Shown: piece after piece, positions 1 to 12,392 of the stretch
Layout: each line of letters starts with the position of its first letter
How positions within the stretch are numbered: position 1 is the first letter of the stretch
Position numbers and translations under genes: made by a program
From: Monocercomonoides exilis PA203
Lineage: Eukaryota; Protista; Preaxostyla
Length of the DNA: 64,000 nucleotides
Direction of reading: 5' to 3'
Assembly: GCA_001643675.2 (NCBI GenBank)
Contig: LSRY02000001.1
Span: forward strand, 1,674,001-1,738,000
The notes under the pieces: generated by a model
Database searches by the model: none
What the model saw: the letters and a program-made list of their open reading frames with translations, nothing else
What the model was told of the DNA's origin: nothing

Positions 1-3000
1 AATCACACCCTTTGAAAGCAACAATTGCATCACTCAAACCCACTTCTTCGCCATTCTTTACAAGCGGAAAATGATAACTCCAATTTTTCATTCCTCTAAT
101 TAGTTCGACATACACGTTATAAGCTAAAATATTAGATGCAGAATCCATGATAACATTAATAATCAACTCAACAAATTGTGGAGGCACAAAATAAACATCA
201 TTTTTTATGCAGCTCTCGTAATACGGAGGAATGTTGGAGAATAGAAGGCGAGATGCACATGAATACCAAGAGTAGTTTCTAATAACAGTTGGAAGCAACG
301 TTCCGTCATATAGAAGTGAAACAGTTGCATCAGATGTGGCATTGAATCCTCTGTTCATCAGGAATTGGAAACACAACATTGAATACATATTACACAATTC
401 ATTACTTAGTTTCATTCTCAAAGGATATATCCCCGCAAGAAGCTGAGACATGAATGCGCATAGCTCTTTGCTGTTCTTGACAAAATTCAACAGGCCATGA
501 AGCAGAAAGAAATAAGACCTCGTGACGGCGTGCGGCTGGGCTTCTTGATCGAAACTTTGGAGAAATGAAAGCAAAGCCTCAGCTGCAGAGTCAAATGATT
601 GAATTTGATGATTCCAACGATTTATTCTCCAAAATTCATAGTTCGCAGTTTTGTCGGGAATTATTACTGAATGAAAATTAAGATTATAAATTATCAATTG
701 AAAAAAAAAGGAGCAATAAAGTATGACATTGATTAAAATTAAAAATTCAAAATTCACAACGAAGAATTCATGAAAATGAAAAAAGAAATCAATAAGTCGA
801 TGAACATTGCAAAAAATATCTTATTTTATCGCATGCAAGTTTTGCAATTGCAAATATTATATCATATGCATGCCATTTCTCATAATCATAAATTATTATC
901 ATTTCTCTTATAAAAATACACATATTTCAAATCCATACATTTGTCCATCGTACAAGCAAATGCAGCAATATTTAACACAAATTGTTCCAAATCTCCTTTT
1001 TCTTTGGCACCAACGCATTCGCTTATCCACGAACATGTCAATGAATCAAGATTTTCACACAAAGTGTCACAATCAGTGCACAACATTGTTGCACACAAAT
1101 TATCATGGTTTTTAAAATCGTTTTCCAAGAAGCCAATCTCAGACAGTATTTCTGCGTTAGAATTTTTAATAATTCTATAGCGATAATACAATCCATCATA
1201 TAACAATAGCCTGATGATGTGGCAAACTGAATCAACGAGTTCTTTTTTTCTTGCACTTGTCAGCATTGCCATTTTGGAGACGGCAGAAAACGAGAAAAGC
1301 TTCAATTTGCCCAAAAAGGAAGGCGCCTCCAAATAATCAATCAAGTCCCTATCATCAGCTGCAACATTGATCATCGCAGAAATCGCATTGATATTCTCGT
1401 AGCATGTTGAGATATTCTCTGTAATCCCTCTCTTCAGCCACGCCATTATCTTCCCCAAATAAGGTTCAACTACAACAATCTCTCTGAGTCCAGGGATCGA
1501 ATTCAGGAATTGCTTGAGGATGGCACTGAACCCATCTGCATGCGCCTTCTGAAGCCAATCCAAAATGTCAATCACAACACTGTCGCACTTTGGTTTCTCA
1601 CTTGACACTGTCTTTGCAACAGCTATCACGAGCTCAATTACTTTTCTCTGTTCCACTACATTTCCTGCACCAATCTCTTCGCTCATGTTCTTTGCGATAT
1701 CGATCAAAACTCCACAAGTCTTCGCAGTTATTCCCTTCACAGAGCGCATAAGAAATAGCTTTCTCACTTTTTTATTCGTATTGTTACTCTTCTCCTTCTT
1801 CAGCAACGCAATTGTCCCTTTCATGATCTCGTCAAATAGCCTGCCCTCCAAACTGTTTATCTCCTTCTCCTTTTTCACGCCAACCCATTCAATGAACATG
1901 TGCAATCCTCCCTTCTGCACCACTTCTTTCCCCACTTCAGAACGATTGCTGCTTTTCAGCATTGCATTAATCACACCGAATGAGCAAAGCAACACATCAT
2001 CATCAATGTTCTCCTTTGTCAATTCACCAGAGATCGCTTTCACTTCATTATCCACACTGAAATGGCTGACCAGTTTTGCATCAATTTTCATGATTTCGCC
2101 AATTAGAGATATCATCATTGAAAATGCTTTTCGTTGAATGCTCTTCTTCATGCATTTCAACTCCTCATTTCTTTCACTTTTAACTTTTGGTTTTAATTTT
2201 TCTGCACACTTTCCTTTTTCATCCTTTTCCTCATCATTTGCATTTCCTTGATTGCATTTTAATTTATTCTTCAGTTCGTCGAACACATCAAATATTGCCT
2301 TTGTCAAGCCAACTTGTTCCATATTTGCCATTTGCTTGCCATCAAACTGCAACAACTCCTTCAAAACATCAGTAACTTCAATTATTAATTTCATTTCAGA
2401 AACACCAACCATGTTTCTTGCTTCATTCTCAACTGAGTCTGGCATTATGTCTGCCCCATCCACATCGCTTGAAGACAAACAACTTTGAAACTTTTGATTT
2501 TCTTTCGTAGTTTCAACGACTAGATTTCCAGAAAGGATGAAATCATAGCAATTCTTACATAGATCCAAAAATCCATATTCATTCAAAAGCTTCAAAAAAC
2601 ATGAAAGGCGCTTTTCACCAGACAGCGGATGATCAGTTGAAGAAGCGGATGACATTCGCAATTGAGATGAAGAGGATGCACTTGAAGGGGTTTCCAACAG
2701 AATGATTACAGGAATGCTTGACTGCTCGTTGCTTTCAATACTTGTTTGCTGACAGTTCTGAAGAACAAGATTAACAGCAGCAGCAGTAGTAGTAGAAGAA
2801 GAAGAAGAAGATTGTACCAGTTGGTGTTTCGAATGACATTCATCGGCATTTCGTTTTTTAAGAAGTAAAACAAGATTCTTCACCAATAACAAGCACTTTG
2901 CCATCACACAGGCATCTTCTTTCACATTCATTTCTTTCAATGCTTCAACAAATCCTCCAATCCAGACTGGCTCATCCTCATTTTGTTGAGCCGTTTCTTG

Positions 3001-5578
3001 GTAAAGTTCAGAGCATTGGCACAGAAACACAACAAGATTAATTGTAGTTGAAACGAATCAGAAAAAAAAAAGATTGAACAAATTAAAAACACATAGCTTT
3101 TATAAGATGTTTGAAGAGAGATTTACAAACCTTGTGCCAGTACTGCTTTTTCAACAACCCCAACCATTCGTTCCTCAAAACTTCTGTTTTCGTTTCTTTT
3201 CAGCATCTTGTTAAACTGCTCCAATACATAACTGCCCTCATCTTTCTGTTTGATCCATTCCAGTGCTGATAATAGAATCTCATAGCACATTTCCAGCGGT
3301 GATAGCAGAAAATTTTCAGCAAACAATCCAAATGACAAGGATGCACTCAATGAAGAGAGCGATGTTTTTGAAAAGGAACAGCATGACTTGAATTCTGATG
3401 GAAGCAAAGGAGGAAATGGCAAAGAAGGAGATGCGGGTGGAGAGACTGTTGATTGAATTTGAGACGATGAAGGCAATGCTTGTGAATCAATTGAAGAGGA
3501 CGAAGGAAAAAGCGAGAATACTGAAGAAGAGGAGGATGATGATGATGATGAAGATGATGAAAATGATGAAAATGAGGATTGTGCATCTTTTTCATTTGTG
3601 ATTTTCCTTTCATCTGACTTTTCTTTCGTTGAGTCGGCATCTTTCATCTCTGAATATTCATTTTCAGTTATCTTGCTTTTTTCTTTCATATTTTCTGTCT
3701 CTTTGATTTCTGTCTCTTTTTCTATGAATGCTCTGACAGAAGAAAATCCATTTGCCTCCACAAAAATCTGCAAAAGCCGCTTTTTCTCCTTTTGAAGCTC
3801 TTCAATCGTCTTCTTTCGATATTTGCTAAATGCATATTTCTTTCTCTCTCCTTCTTCATCAGCCCATTTGTCTTCCTCCATAACACACTCGACATCATCA
3901 TTTCTCTTTTCTTCATCCAACAGCCAGGCAACAGCACCGCCACACAAAATTCTGTGAAGCGTCTGCAGTGCCCTCCCATCCAATTCATTGTCTGAACATT
4001 CAACACACTTCAAAAGCAGCTTTATGTGAAGAATTGTCACAATGCGCCCTTCATTCGCTGAGTCATCTGCACCTTCTGGTTCAGTTTCTTCTTTGCCTTC
4101 TGCTGCAACATCAGCTTTCATATCATCTGCATTTGAGATTTCTTCTGTAAATTCATGTGTTTTATTCAGATCAGCCATTTTCGCTTTCTGTGGAGGTGAC
4201 AGAGGCGGTGAATTCCTTTTTGAGCGAGAAGAAGAAGTTGGAGGAGTCATCGGCAGAGTGAATGGAGATGCCAGTGGAGGTGATGCTGGTGGAGTCATTG
4301 GAGGAGTGACATTATGAGAAGGGCCTTTCTTGCTCTTTTGCTTCGATGGCTTGCCTTTGTTCCTTTTTGGTTTTGAGACAATTTTATTTGACGGTGGAGG
4401 AGTTTGTGATTTACTAGCTGTTCTTTTGCCTTTCATATCTTCTTTCAAATGTTCTGCAGTTCCGAAATCTTCATTTCGCATCTCAAATAGTTTCTCTTCA
4501 TGTTTTCTTTTCTTCACAATGGCCATCTCGTTTTTGCATTGCAACTCTGCGATTCCATCAAACAGAGATAATAACACCTGCTTCAGACGAATCCTGCCGC
4601 TCTCTTTTGACAAGCCATCCTTCTCAATTTCTTTCAAAAGCAATCTTCCCAATCCGCTACCTATAATCATCTCTCTGCACACCCCAGATTTCTCGCTCAG
4701 CATCACTTCCATCACAGATGACAGAGGCAGAGCATACTGCTCTGAAAGACCATTTTCCTCAATGAGCATAGCCATTCCTTCAACAATGTCGTTCCCTTTT
4801 CTACACAAAAACCGATCATTTCCATCAATCAGTTGATGAATAATATTTATTGCCCTTTTAATAATCTCGTCATTGTCTGATAGTCTTCAAAAATAATAAT
4901 CACAAAGTGATATTGGAAAAATTACAAACGAATTTTAAAAAATCACGAATAATTTACAAACCTGCATATCCTTAAGCCAATAGATAACGCATAACTTAGA
5001 CATTCAAAAATTCCTTGATCATTTCCTTTTTGGATTGAATTCACTTTGGCAAAGGAAAAAAAATTTCAGAAAAGAAACTCATCGTTCAACGTCAAAACAT
5101 AAAACTAACAAACATGCTAATTCAATAGATTTTTCTGCATTTATCAAAACTTTCATTTCGTGTCTACCAAGTATCAAGTCATAACACTTCAATACTTTTA
5201 TAAAAAATTCCACTTCACTTGCTTCGCGAGTAACTTCAAAAAGCAAGGATGACATCTCCAAGCAAACGCGCTTATCTTCTGACCATTCGCCTGCTAGATA
5301 TTCAAGTTTTTCAAATGGATCCTCTGCATCAGCATTTCCATCTTTAAGTTGTTCTTTTTTCGCATCACTCATATATTTAAAAAATATGAGACATCATAAA
5401 GCAAATAACTTTGAATGGAACGTTTTAAACCTCATTACATGTAACATTTTGATAACCTCATCTGCATCTTTTAGAGACTAAAAATTAGAAATAATAATAT
5501 TCTCAAAAAGCAAATAAAATGCAAGTTCAAGCGCACTTTAATCTTCTCATATAGATCCTCATCAGATTTTATATTCAT
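1..5578 (-). CDS. Large multi-exon alpha-helical (ARM/HEAT-like) hypothetical protein; 3' end lies outside the window
   Basis: ATG at 5578 (MNIKSDEDLYEKIK). Frame-preserving GT-AG introns at 5478-5536, 5368-5430, 5044-5113, 4885-4961, 2997(or 3048)-3130 and 667-938 join ORFs 5079-5372, 3123-4808, 886-3030 and an open exon 666-1 (IIPDKTANYEFWRINRW...). The sequence is Leu/Ile/Glu/Lys-rich and helical, with Ser/Pro inserts. The fold is inferred. Confidence 0.7.
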
Positions 5579-6077
5579 TGCTGAGAAATTATCATGAATC
5601 GTTTTCAATTTAACCCCAAATCTTGAAATAAATTATTCAATGATTAATCCAATATTATTATGGTAATACTGATCAGGGATAATCTTTCGATTTTGGTCTT
5701 CATTTCAAGCAAATGTTATAGCTTTCCAAAAGACAAAGCGAACATGTCAAAATGTTTATTCAAGGATTATATTTTTTTTTATCAGTGAGGAGCAAATGTT
5801 ATAAAACATTTTTTTTTTCTTTCATTTTTCTTTATAATTTTTTTTCAAAGAACCTTCCAGTAACAGTTTATTTCTGAGAATCAAAAGGAAATCGATTCAG
5901 AACAAAGCGCATTTTCCTCTTTGCTCTAGATACTTCTTTTCATCTGAATGTGATAATGCTGATAATGATTGGCAGATTAAAGATAAATTTTGTTTTTTTT
6001 TTTTCGGTTCGTTCCTTCAAATAATCTCTGTCAGGCATATCATGATTGTTCTTCGACTCTGTTGTTAATATCACAGA

Positions 6078-6113
<36 letters not shown>

Positions 6114-6469
6114 CGCGTTGCCTGTAGGTGAATAATGCATGTTGAAAGATGACATTAAACAACTTGACAAGTGTGATAATTTTCGAAATCAATTTTTCCC
6201 ATCTAATATTCGGTTTAAATGTTTATAACGAATATTCTTGAATGAACCATGAAAAGTGATAGAACTGTTTATTCATTCTTTTGTCACTATTTCACATCCG
6301 ACTTTGGTTTTTGAAACGAGAGATGAACATTTTTTATGTTGATAATAATAATTTAGCCAATAACAATGAATTTTCATAATAATAAACACATTAAAGAAAG
6401 TCATGATTTTTTTAAATAATCACCTATATCAAAAACACTCACCCAATTGGGACAAAATATTTGACTTTA

Positions 6470-6716
6470 TGCATTTTCATTGAAAAATTATTCACTTTTC
6501 ATTGACTTTTTGAGATCAAAAATCGCAATAAAAAATATGTCAATTTTTTGACATTCGTGAAATGTTGGAAAACTTTATGTTTTGATTTCAATGATATCTG
6601 TGTGCAGATATAGAAATTAATTTATTTCAAAAACTGAGTAAGCGAAATAAAGTTATGAGAGAAGTTATTTTTTCATACTTTGTGCATAAAAAGCTTGAAA
6701 GTCCGTATTTTCCACC
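6470..6716. repeat. Dispersed repeat family C, copy 1 (ends ...GCTTGAAAGTCCGTATTTTCCACCA)
   Basis: Aligns by eye with 51693-51940, sharing TTGACATTCGTGAAATGTTGGAAAAC, AGCGAAATAA, GTTATGAG and AAAAAGCTTGAAAGTCC. Confidence 0.75.
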
Positions 6717-6924
6717 AATTGAAATGTGAAATTCGTTTCATTTGCATCAAAAGCCAATGCTTGATGAAAACATTATTTATTGTTGTTTTCAATTTAAGTT
6801 TTCATTTTTCTGTGTTTATGAACAGATGGTTAAAACCTGATTGTCAAACCCAAATTTCAGTTCGAAACATAATGATTTCACAAATGATCATTCATGTATT
6901 TGCTCTATTTCATTCAAAAACAAG

Positions 6925-6990
6925 TGGGGAAAAATATGAACTTAAAAGCTTTTTTTGCACAAAGAACATAAATTGTTTCACTCATAACAT
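6925..6990. repeat. Inverted terminal segment of repeat family C
   Basis: Its reverse complement (ATGTTATGAGTGAAACAATT...GTGCAAAAAAAGCTTTTAAGTTCATATTTTTCCCCAC) matches 6651-6716 and 51873-51940. Confidence 0.65.
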
Positions 6991-7699
6991 GTGGGTTATT
7001 CCATTTGAAAAGTTGCAAATGTTTTATATCTGAGAAAAATAAAAATGTCTAATGTTCGATCATTAATTTGCAGATTATAAATCAAACTTTGTAAATTTGC
7101 AAATTAAAAAATACACACCTATTTGATGAGAGAATGTGTTTATTGCATTGAAGTTTGATGAATAAACTGCAACAATTGATCAAAAATTAAAAAAGAATTT
7201 TATAAAACCTAGATATTTAGCATTTGCAATTTTTCAAAAAGAATAGCACATTTCTTTTCTTTCTCAGATTTCAGAACAAATAAGATTCTTATTTCAATAA
7301 ACAAGTACCATTGATATCGCAACGCAATGTTTTGTGACCTCGCAAATATTTCAAAAAATATGAATCCATTTCATTCATATTTATTTATCACAAAAAGACA
7401 AAAAAAAGTGTATCATTTTTCATTGAAAATACCTAAAGCAAAATATTATGCACCAAATGTGATAATGAACTATTTCAACTATTCGAAATCACTCGTCCAT
7501 TTTATTTCACGAACACAGTTTCATGATAGCTTTTTAAAAACTGAAACAAAGTTATTATCTTTTTGCTTTCTGTTGAAAATAACAGAAATAGTTGATGTGA
7601 AACAATAAAAACGATAATCAAGTATCAAAAATGTTTACAAAGAGTGTTTTGCTTTCAAAGTTCACATTTTTCCATTGTATTTATTGAAGTACTCTCCCT

Positions 7700-9620
7700 C
7701 ATGAGTTTTTCTTTCGAATTAAATGAAGGAGAAACTTCTCTGGGAGGATGATCGAAACATTATATTTCGTTGCAAGAAGTTGATTTCTCTTCTTTTTCAT
7801 CGTCTTTGACTATTTCAATTATTCTCTTTGCTTTTTTTCTCGAAAACTTTTTTCCTTTTCTTGTTCTTTATTCAACATTTCATTAAGTTCTTGTCGACTA
7901 TGTTTATTCTCACGTTTCTTTTCAGAAGAAGATGAAGTTGGTTTTCTAATTCTCGTCAGCTGTTATTGAAGAAAATGCAAATGCTCTTTTGTAAATTCAA
8001 TTTGTTTCATTGGTTCTGAATCATCCATCTCTTTTGCTTCTTCTGATGATTTTTCTTTTGTAGAATTTTCGTCAGTTGAAAATTTTATTGTTGAATTTAT
8101 TCTGTGATCATCGATCAATGTTGGGCATTCTTTTGTTATTTCCGTATCGCGGAGAGATGAATGTTTTGAAGATTACAAAGAAGATGATTGTTTATCGCTT
8201 TGAGGAGAATAATGTCCAAACAACTCTTCTCTCCAATCTTGCGAGGATTTAGAAGTGTCAGAATTGCATTTAGGATTTTAGATGTGGGATCCAGATATGC
8301 GATCCAAAACTGGGGCAGCTGCAACGGACCATACGCCTGTTTTAATAAACGCTGCTTAAATTGTGGAATGCATTGTCGCAGCAGCAATTGCTTCAGGGAG
8401 TGTGTTGGCAAGGGAGGATCTGTATGAATGCATCGAAAATGGAATAGGAATGTGAAATTTGTGATAAAGTTTTGTTTTCATACGAGAAAAGATGCACGAG
8501 TCGCACGGTTGCAAGAGATTGGTCATGTTGGAAGGAAAGAATTTCAATATTATGTTGTTTTTCTCTGCAAAATCTGCCACATAATTGTCTGAATGAGTTC
8601 CATGATTATCCATTAGGAACAGGGCTTTATGTGTCGTCGTTGGCTTTTCTTTTGAAACAATCGCATGTATCCAGAAATTGATCATGATGTTTTTGAATAT
8701 ATCTTTTGTTATCTAAAAAGATGAAAAAGACAGTACTTTAATGTCGAATATCGAAAGCTATGAAAATTCTTCTGGTAAACATTTTGTCCACCAAAGAAGA
8801 AATTTTCTTGGAGATGATCCATCGACACATACACATAAACACAACGTTGAATTTGACACTTTCGGAGGAGCTGGAGAAGACGGAGGACTACAATTTTTCA
8901 GGCAAACAATCAGATTGCTTGTGCCTTCATTCAAATTCAATGCTGTTTCATCAAAATCAAATATTCTCGATGAATCAATGAAATTCCTGCTAATAACCTC
9001 AGACAATTCTTCAAACCATTGCCTGACATTCTCTAATGCTTGAGTTGCAATTTATGACATGTCTGTTGGCCTTGAAATTGCAGCATGAATAATTTCACTC
9101 CTTTTTAATAACTTGCAGGTATATTTTTCGTTTGTTTTTCTTGGCTCGTTTTCATCTGTTGAATCCTCTTAAAGAATATCTACACACTCATGAAAATGTG
9201 TATTTCAAAAACGAAGAGTCAAAAACAAATCAAACCATGTTTGGTGTTTCACGCACTCTCACAGTTTCCAATTTTGAAAACTTCACAAGCTTGATTTTCT
9301 ATTATTTCGAGCTGGCGAGCATTAATTGTTTGAGGATGCCCATTTTTTCCTCCATCACTTCTTTCCTTTTCTGCTTTCATTCCTCTTTACGAAGCACCTT
9401 TTGAAATAATGTTTTCACCAACAACAGTTAGTTATTTCAATAGATAATCTCTGCGAATTGTAAATATCTTTTTCGTTGTTGAAGGAATGAAACGATATTT
9501 GCTTGATGCGAGCTCGGGACGGAGTTGAATTGGAGAGAGATTCGTTTTGTTGCTCAAGTAATATGGGACATGATCAAATTGAAAATCCTGATAACTGTTT
9601 TTAGATAAAACTTTTTGCAT
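7700..9620 (-). pseudogene. Decayed pogo/Tigger-like (DDE_1, CENP-B family) DNA transposase
   Basis: Fragments carry DDE_1 motifs: IFDFDETAL (8758-9006), LFLMDNHGTH and FFPSNMTNLLQPCDSCIFSRMK (8356-8685). They are broken by frameshifts and stops, including TAG at ~8713 where the conserved W is expected. Boundaries are approximate and no TIRs were found. Confidence 0.85.
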
Positions 9621-9932
9621 TTTTTGATATTTATCATCATTTTTTGTATCAATTTCTTTCTATAACTCAATCATGATATCATATTTTCCTTGTGTGAAAA
9701 ATAAAAATGATATTCTTTCTTTTTTATTTCATTAATCATTTCATGGAGTTGTAATTTCTTCTTTGCAAAATATGGATTAACGATAATAATTGGATTAATT
9801 AATCATGTTTTTATTTTTTGAAAGGTGTTGGAAAGGATTTATTTGAAAAACTTTCGATATCATCATATTAATAAGGATCGTGTTTCTCACCGTGGATCGG
9901 CTTTGACACTTACCAAAGAATAATTTATTTGA

Positions 9933-12392
9933 ATTTTTGTGTGTATTTTTCTTGTTTGAATTTCGCTTTAATAATAATAACCAAAACAGTTCCATTTGAA
10001 GAATTCACAAATGAAAGTTACAATCGAATATAAACACTTTCGGCTGAATAACAAATAAAGGAGCTTCTTTTAAAAAATTCTGAGGAATTGAAAACATTGG
10101 TTTTCGCAACATTTTGAATGATAGCAGACTTATCTTATTCAGTGAACATAAAATAACATTATTTGAAGCAGATTGAATCATCGAAAACACAATTTCATTG
10201 TATTCACGCTTAATTGTGATGAAATGTGTAATTTCAATTTTTGTCAAATGAGATGGAATGGAATTAACTTTTGTTGAATAGCCACTTTTTCAAAATTTAT
10301 CCCATGAAAAAAGTGATTTTAGTAAATTACCCACAATTAAATAATAAATTGTTCAATAATTGTTTTTAATTTATCTTTGTTTTGTGGGTTTGCTGAAGCC
10401 TGTTTGCAATATGCGAAGATGCAAAAAATAGTTTTTCATTCAGAAGTTTGAAATTGAAGGATAAATGCTCGGCGTTGCCAAGATATTTACACCATTTAGA
10501 AATGAATTGTTTTGAAGTTAGATGAAGAATAAAAGCTATTATCCACTTCACTCCGTATGCAAATTAATGAGGTTTTTTTTGATAATTAATCTTTCTCCAA
10601 AATATCGATATTTTTTATTTTTTCCCCCCACAACTCTTTTGAAAGCGCATTCGAACATTTCCATTCTCAATAATGCCTGTGAAAATAAGTCGTAATTATT
10701 GCGCTGCTTTCATTTATTGGTAATTATTTTTTGGTCAATTTTGCTAACCTTCAAAAGAAGAGATTGAGCTTGAAAATGCCAATGAAATGAAAAACTCTCC
10801 TGGACAGAAGCTGAAGAGAATATTGCTCAACCATAACTAATAACATTTTTTATATGAATAATCGAGTGTTTGCTTTATTTTCAACACAAAATTTTGATTT
10901 ATGTTTTTGCTATATTTGTCTCAGATTTCTTAATAATCGATAATTCTGATTATTGATTGTGGAGACAAACAAAACCTTCATCGTTTATACAAAGCTACGA
11001 GTAATCTACAATGTAGCATTTGAAACGGGAATATACAGAAACATTTTCATGAAACAGGCGCTACAAAACAAGAAGCCTCCATATCTTAACGAATTCATCA
11101 AAAAACAATGTGTGAAATGCTGTTGAAACATTTTTGAAATGATGGGAGAATATTTTCAAAAGAAAGAATTATATTTGAATGTTTGATGAGAATGCGAAGA
11201 AACGAGAGCGATTCAAATGAAGAAGTGCATTTTTTAAAACAACGAAAAAACAACATTTTGTTGAAAACAATGAAAGCCATGTTGAAGAAGAAAGAATCAC
11301 GAAAACAGTCTCAGATCTGGAATCAGAAAGGGCAAAAATGAAAGGCAGTCACGTGAAACGGATTTTCCACTTGAGAAGATAAAAAGAAGAACTTAAAATT
11401 AATTATGGAGAAGAAGAAAAAAGAAGGAAAAGAGAACGTTCATAATTATCTCTATTTCTCATTTTAAAAAACAGGAAGATCAATTTCAATGGAAAAGGGA
11501 GCTGGAAAAGACGAATTTGGATTCAGGGGAAATGATTGGGGAAATGCTGCTGAAGAGACAAAAACAACAATCCACTGGAACAACAATTCTTTGAGACTTT
11601 TGAACATAAAGAATATGATTCACGGTATTTTTCTTTTTCTTCTTTTCATTTTTTTGTTTTGAAATTTCCATTTCATTTTCAATTATCAGGAGCTGTTGAA
11701 ATCTTGCAAGGGAAACAGATGGATTCAACGAAAGCTAAAAAATTTCATGAAAATGGTAATTGATGAAAAATGAGCTGAAAAGATGAGGCATTTCATTCAA
11801 ACAGAATCTGAAGAGAAATATGAGAATGAAAAAAAAATGCGAACAAAGAGGAAAGATACATTTTTGCAACATTTTCGAAAAGAAATAATAAAATTGCTTC
11901 TGAATATACAATTATGAGAAATTCGCAAGCAGAAGCTCAATTAGAAATTATGTGGGTTTGAAAAATTCAACCACCTTAAGAGAAATAAATATCAAATATG
12001 GTTTATATCCATGCCCATAATAATCTTTGAGAAATGATTCCTTTTGTGCTGGTTTTGCTATTATTTTCACCTATTTGTGGAAAAGAAGAAAATGATATCC
12101 TACGCACTGAATATGCTTCAATCGATGCTTCTGTCTCGATGAAACGTCAAGTTTCAACGAAGGGAAGCGTTATTCGGATGTTCTGCGAAATACACAACTC
12201 GACAGCTGAATTAAAGGGGATATCACTTGAAACGCCAGAAGGTTGCTTGATGTTTGAGATAAGAGCAGGATCATTCTTGAAGGCAGAGGATTGCTTGCTG
12301 ATGAAAAAAAGCAGTTTTGGCACACATTATATCTTGAATGAAGGAGCTTGTGAAATGGCAAACACTTCGCTGAGGATTGAAAAAGACAGTGA
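9933..12392 (+). repeat. Direct duplication, copy 1: ~2.1 kb upstream block plus 5' end of the receptor gene
   Basis: Colinear high identity with 61541-64000 (offset 51608), starting at ATTTTTGTGTGTATTTTTCTTGTTT. The sequences upstream of this point do not match. Confidence 0.95.

Noticed and set aside
6083-6113. Poly(T)/poly(A) tracts (also ~52999-53032 and ~57474-57502) as retroposon tails
   Set aside because: No TSDs or shared upstream bodies were seen, and homopolymers are common in this AT-rich DNA.
7300-9920. Intact autonomous transposon with TIRs
   Set aside because: The transposase has multiple stops and frameshifts, and no matching terminal inverted repeats were found.
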